Below are positions 62,763 to 64,000 of a DNA stretch of 64,000 nt, in pieces. The stretch is from the human T2T-CHM13v2.0 reference genome, Homo sapiens: NCBI RefSeq assembly GCF_009914755.1, contig NC_060938.1; one strand, 5' to 3'. Both the position numbers and the translations under genes were made by a program. The notes below the pieces were generated by a model. It worked only from the letters and a program-made list of their open reading frames with translations, searched no databases and was not told the DNA's origin. Positions within the stretch are counted from its first letter, which is position 1. Every line of letters begins with the position of its first letter.

Positions 62763-63144
62763 AGCCTTAGTCCATTTGGCTTACTCACTGCTATAAAAAA
62801 AATTCCTATATACAAACTGGATGGCTTATGCACAACAGAATTTTTTTTCTCAGAGTTCTAGGAGGCTGGAAAGTCCAAGATCAATGAGCAGCAGATGTGG
62901 TGTCTGATGAGAGCCTGCTTTCTTGTTCATAGATGGTGCCTTCACATTGTGTCCTCACAGGGTGGAAGGGGCTAGCAAGCCCCCTTGGGCCTTTTTTTAT
63001 AAGGGTATTAATCTCATTTATGAGGACTCTACCCTCATGACCTAATCACTTTCCAAAAGTCCACCTCTTAATACCATCACCTTTGGGGTTATGCTTTCAA
63101 CATACAAATAAATTTCTGGGGAGACAAACATTCAGACCATAGCA
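62763..63144 (-). mobile_element. MLT1A-like MaLR LTR
   Basis: 'ttagtccatttgg..gttctaggaggctggaaagtccaagatc..caaacattcagaccatagca'. Confidence 0.85.
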
Positions 63145-64000
63145 GAGGGAAAAGAAGAAACTCTACAACTAGGAGTATAAATAATGAGGAGACTTTCAGT
63201 AGCTGAAAGTTAAAATGCCTTGCTGTATATCAGAACTGTTCAAAAGAGGAATCATTAATCCTGCTGTACAGGGATCCATTAGAGCTCAAGAGATGTTAAG
63301 GCAGAGGCCAACTGTCAACACATTGTAGAAAAATTCTAAAACATGAAACTAGGAAATAATCAAGACTTTCCAAATGGATCTAATCCAGAATTTCCAATTC
63401 TGGTTTCCAGGCTTCAGTACAGACTTGCCCACAAAGGATGTAAAACTCTCCATCATGGAACAATCTATACTGGGACAGCTGGGCCCTATATCATCACATA
63501 CCAGGCAGCTCCATGGCAGTCATCAAGGTGACCTTCCCTTTTGTAACATGACTTTCCTAAAGATGAGAATTTTCATCATCCTCATAAACTCTGCATACTT
63601 TTCCAGCCACATTAATTTTAGATGCATCCTAACAATTGTTCTTTACTCTTCAATACTGATGTCTGGCACAGTTGGCAATTTCTTTCCTACTGTTCGCCCT
63701 ATCACAAGTTTTCTTTAATCACAACCTAAACCTTTTGTTTTTCAGAAAGTCATCCCAATTTATTACATTTATTCATGGCCTCCCACAGCAAATACTGACC
63801 ACAAAGATGTGAAATCCTAAAAGTGTGGACAGGGACATGCTTTTATCTTCAAAATCAAAAGTAGAAGAGGGAGATCTTTTTCCAAGCCTGCCTGCTCATC
63901 TTTAATGGTAATAAAACATCATTTATCAAGTGGTCTCTCTATGCCTAATACCCTTCTATACACTTTACAGGAATAACCTCATTTAATCTGCTCCACTGAG

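Overview
This is AT-rich primate genomic DNA, probably hominoid/human-like (AluY, LTR12C and a young L1PA are present), and it looks intergenic or intronic. I could not recognise any host protein-coding exon, RNA gene or CRISPR array; the long ORFs in the track come from transposon remnants. Most of the window is nested retroelements: two full-length MaLR (THE1) elements; a MER61-type ERV1 provirus carrying solo LTR6 and LTR12C insertions; a near full-length old L1 hosting an internally deleted HERV-K(HML-5)/LTR22 provirus, a THE1D-like element and two Alus; and a truncated LTR19/HERV-F-type provirus whose LTR holds a young L1PA with both a 5' inversion and a short 3' transduction. The most unusual feature is a ~365-bp, ~98%-identical ectopic copy of ERV internal sequence about 2 kb outside its provirus. 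It has a 7-bp target duplication, a fold-back junction and a mutation cluster at the donor breakpoint, which suggests templated double-strand-break repair. Repeat family names are recalled from consensus sequences and were not checked by search. I found no evidence for a new multi-gene biological system.
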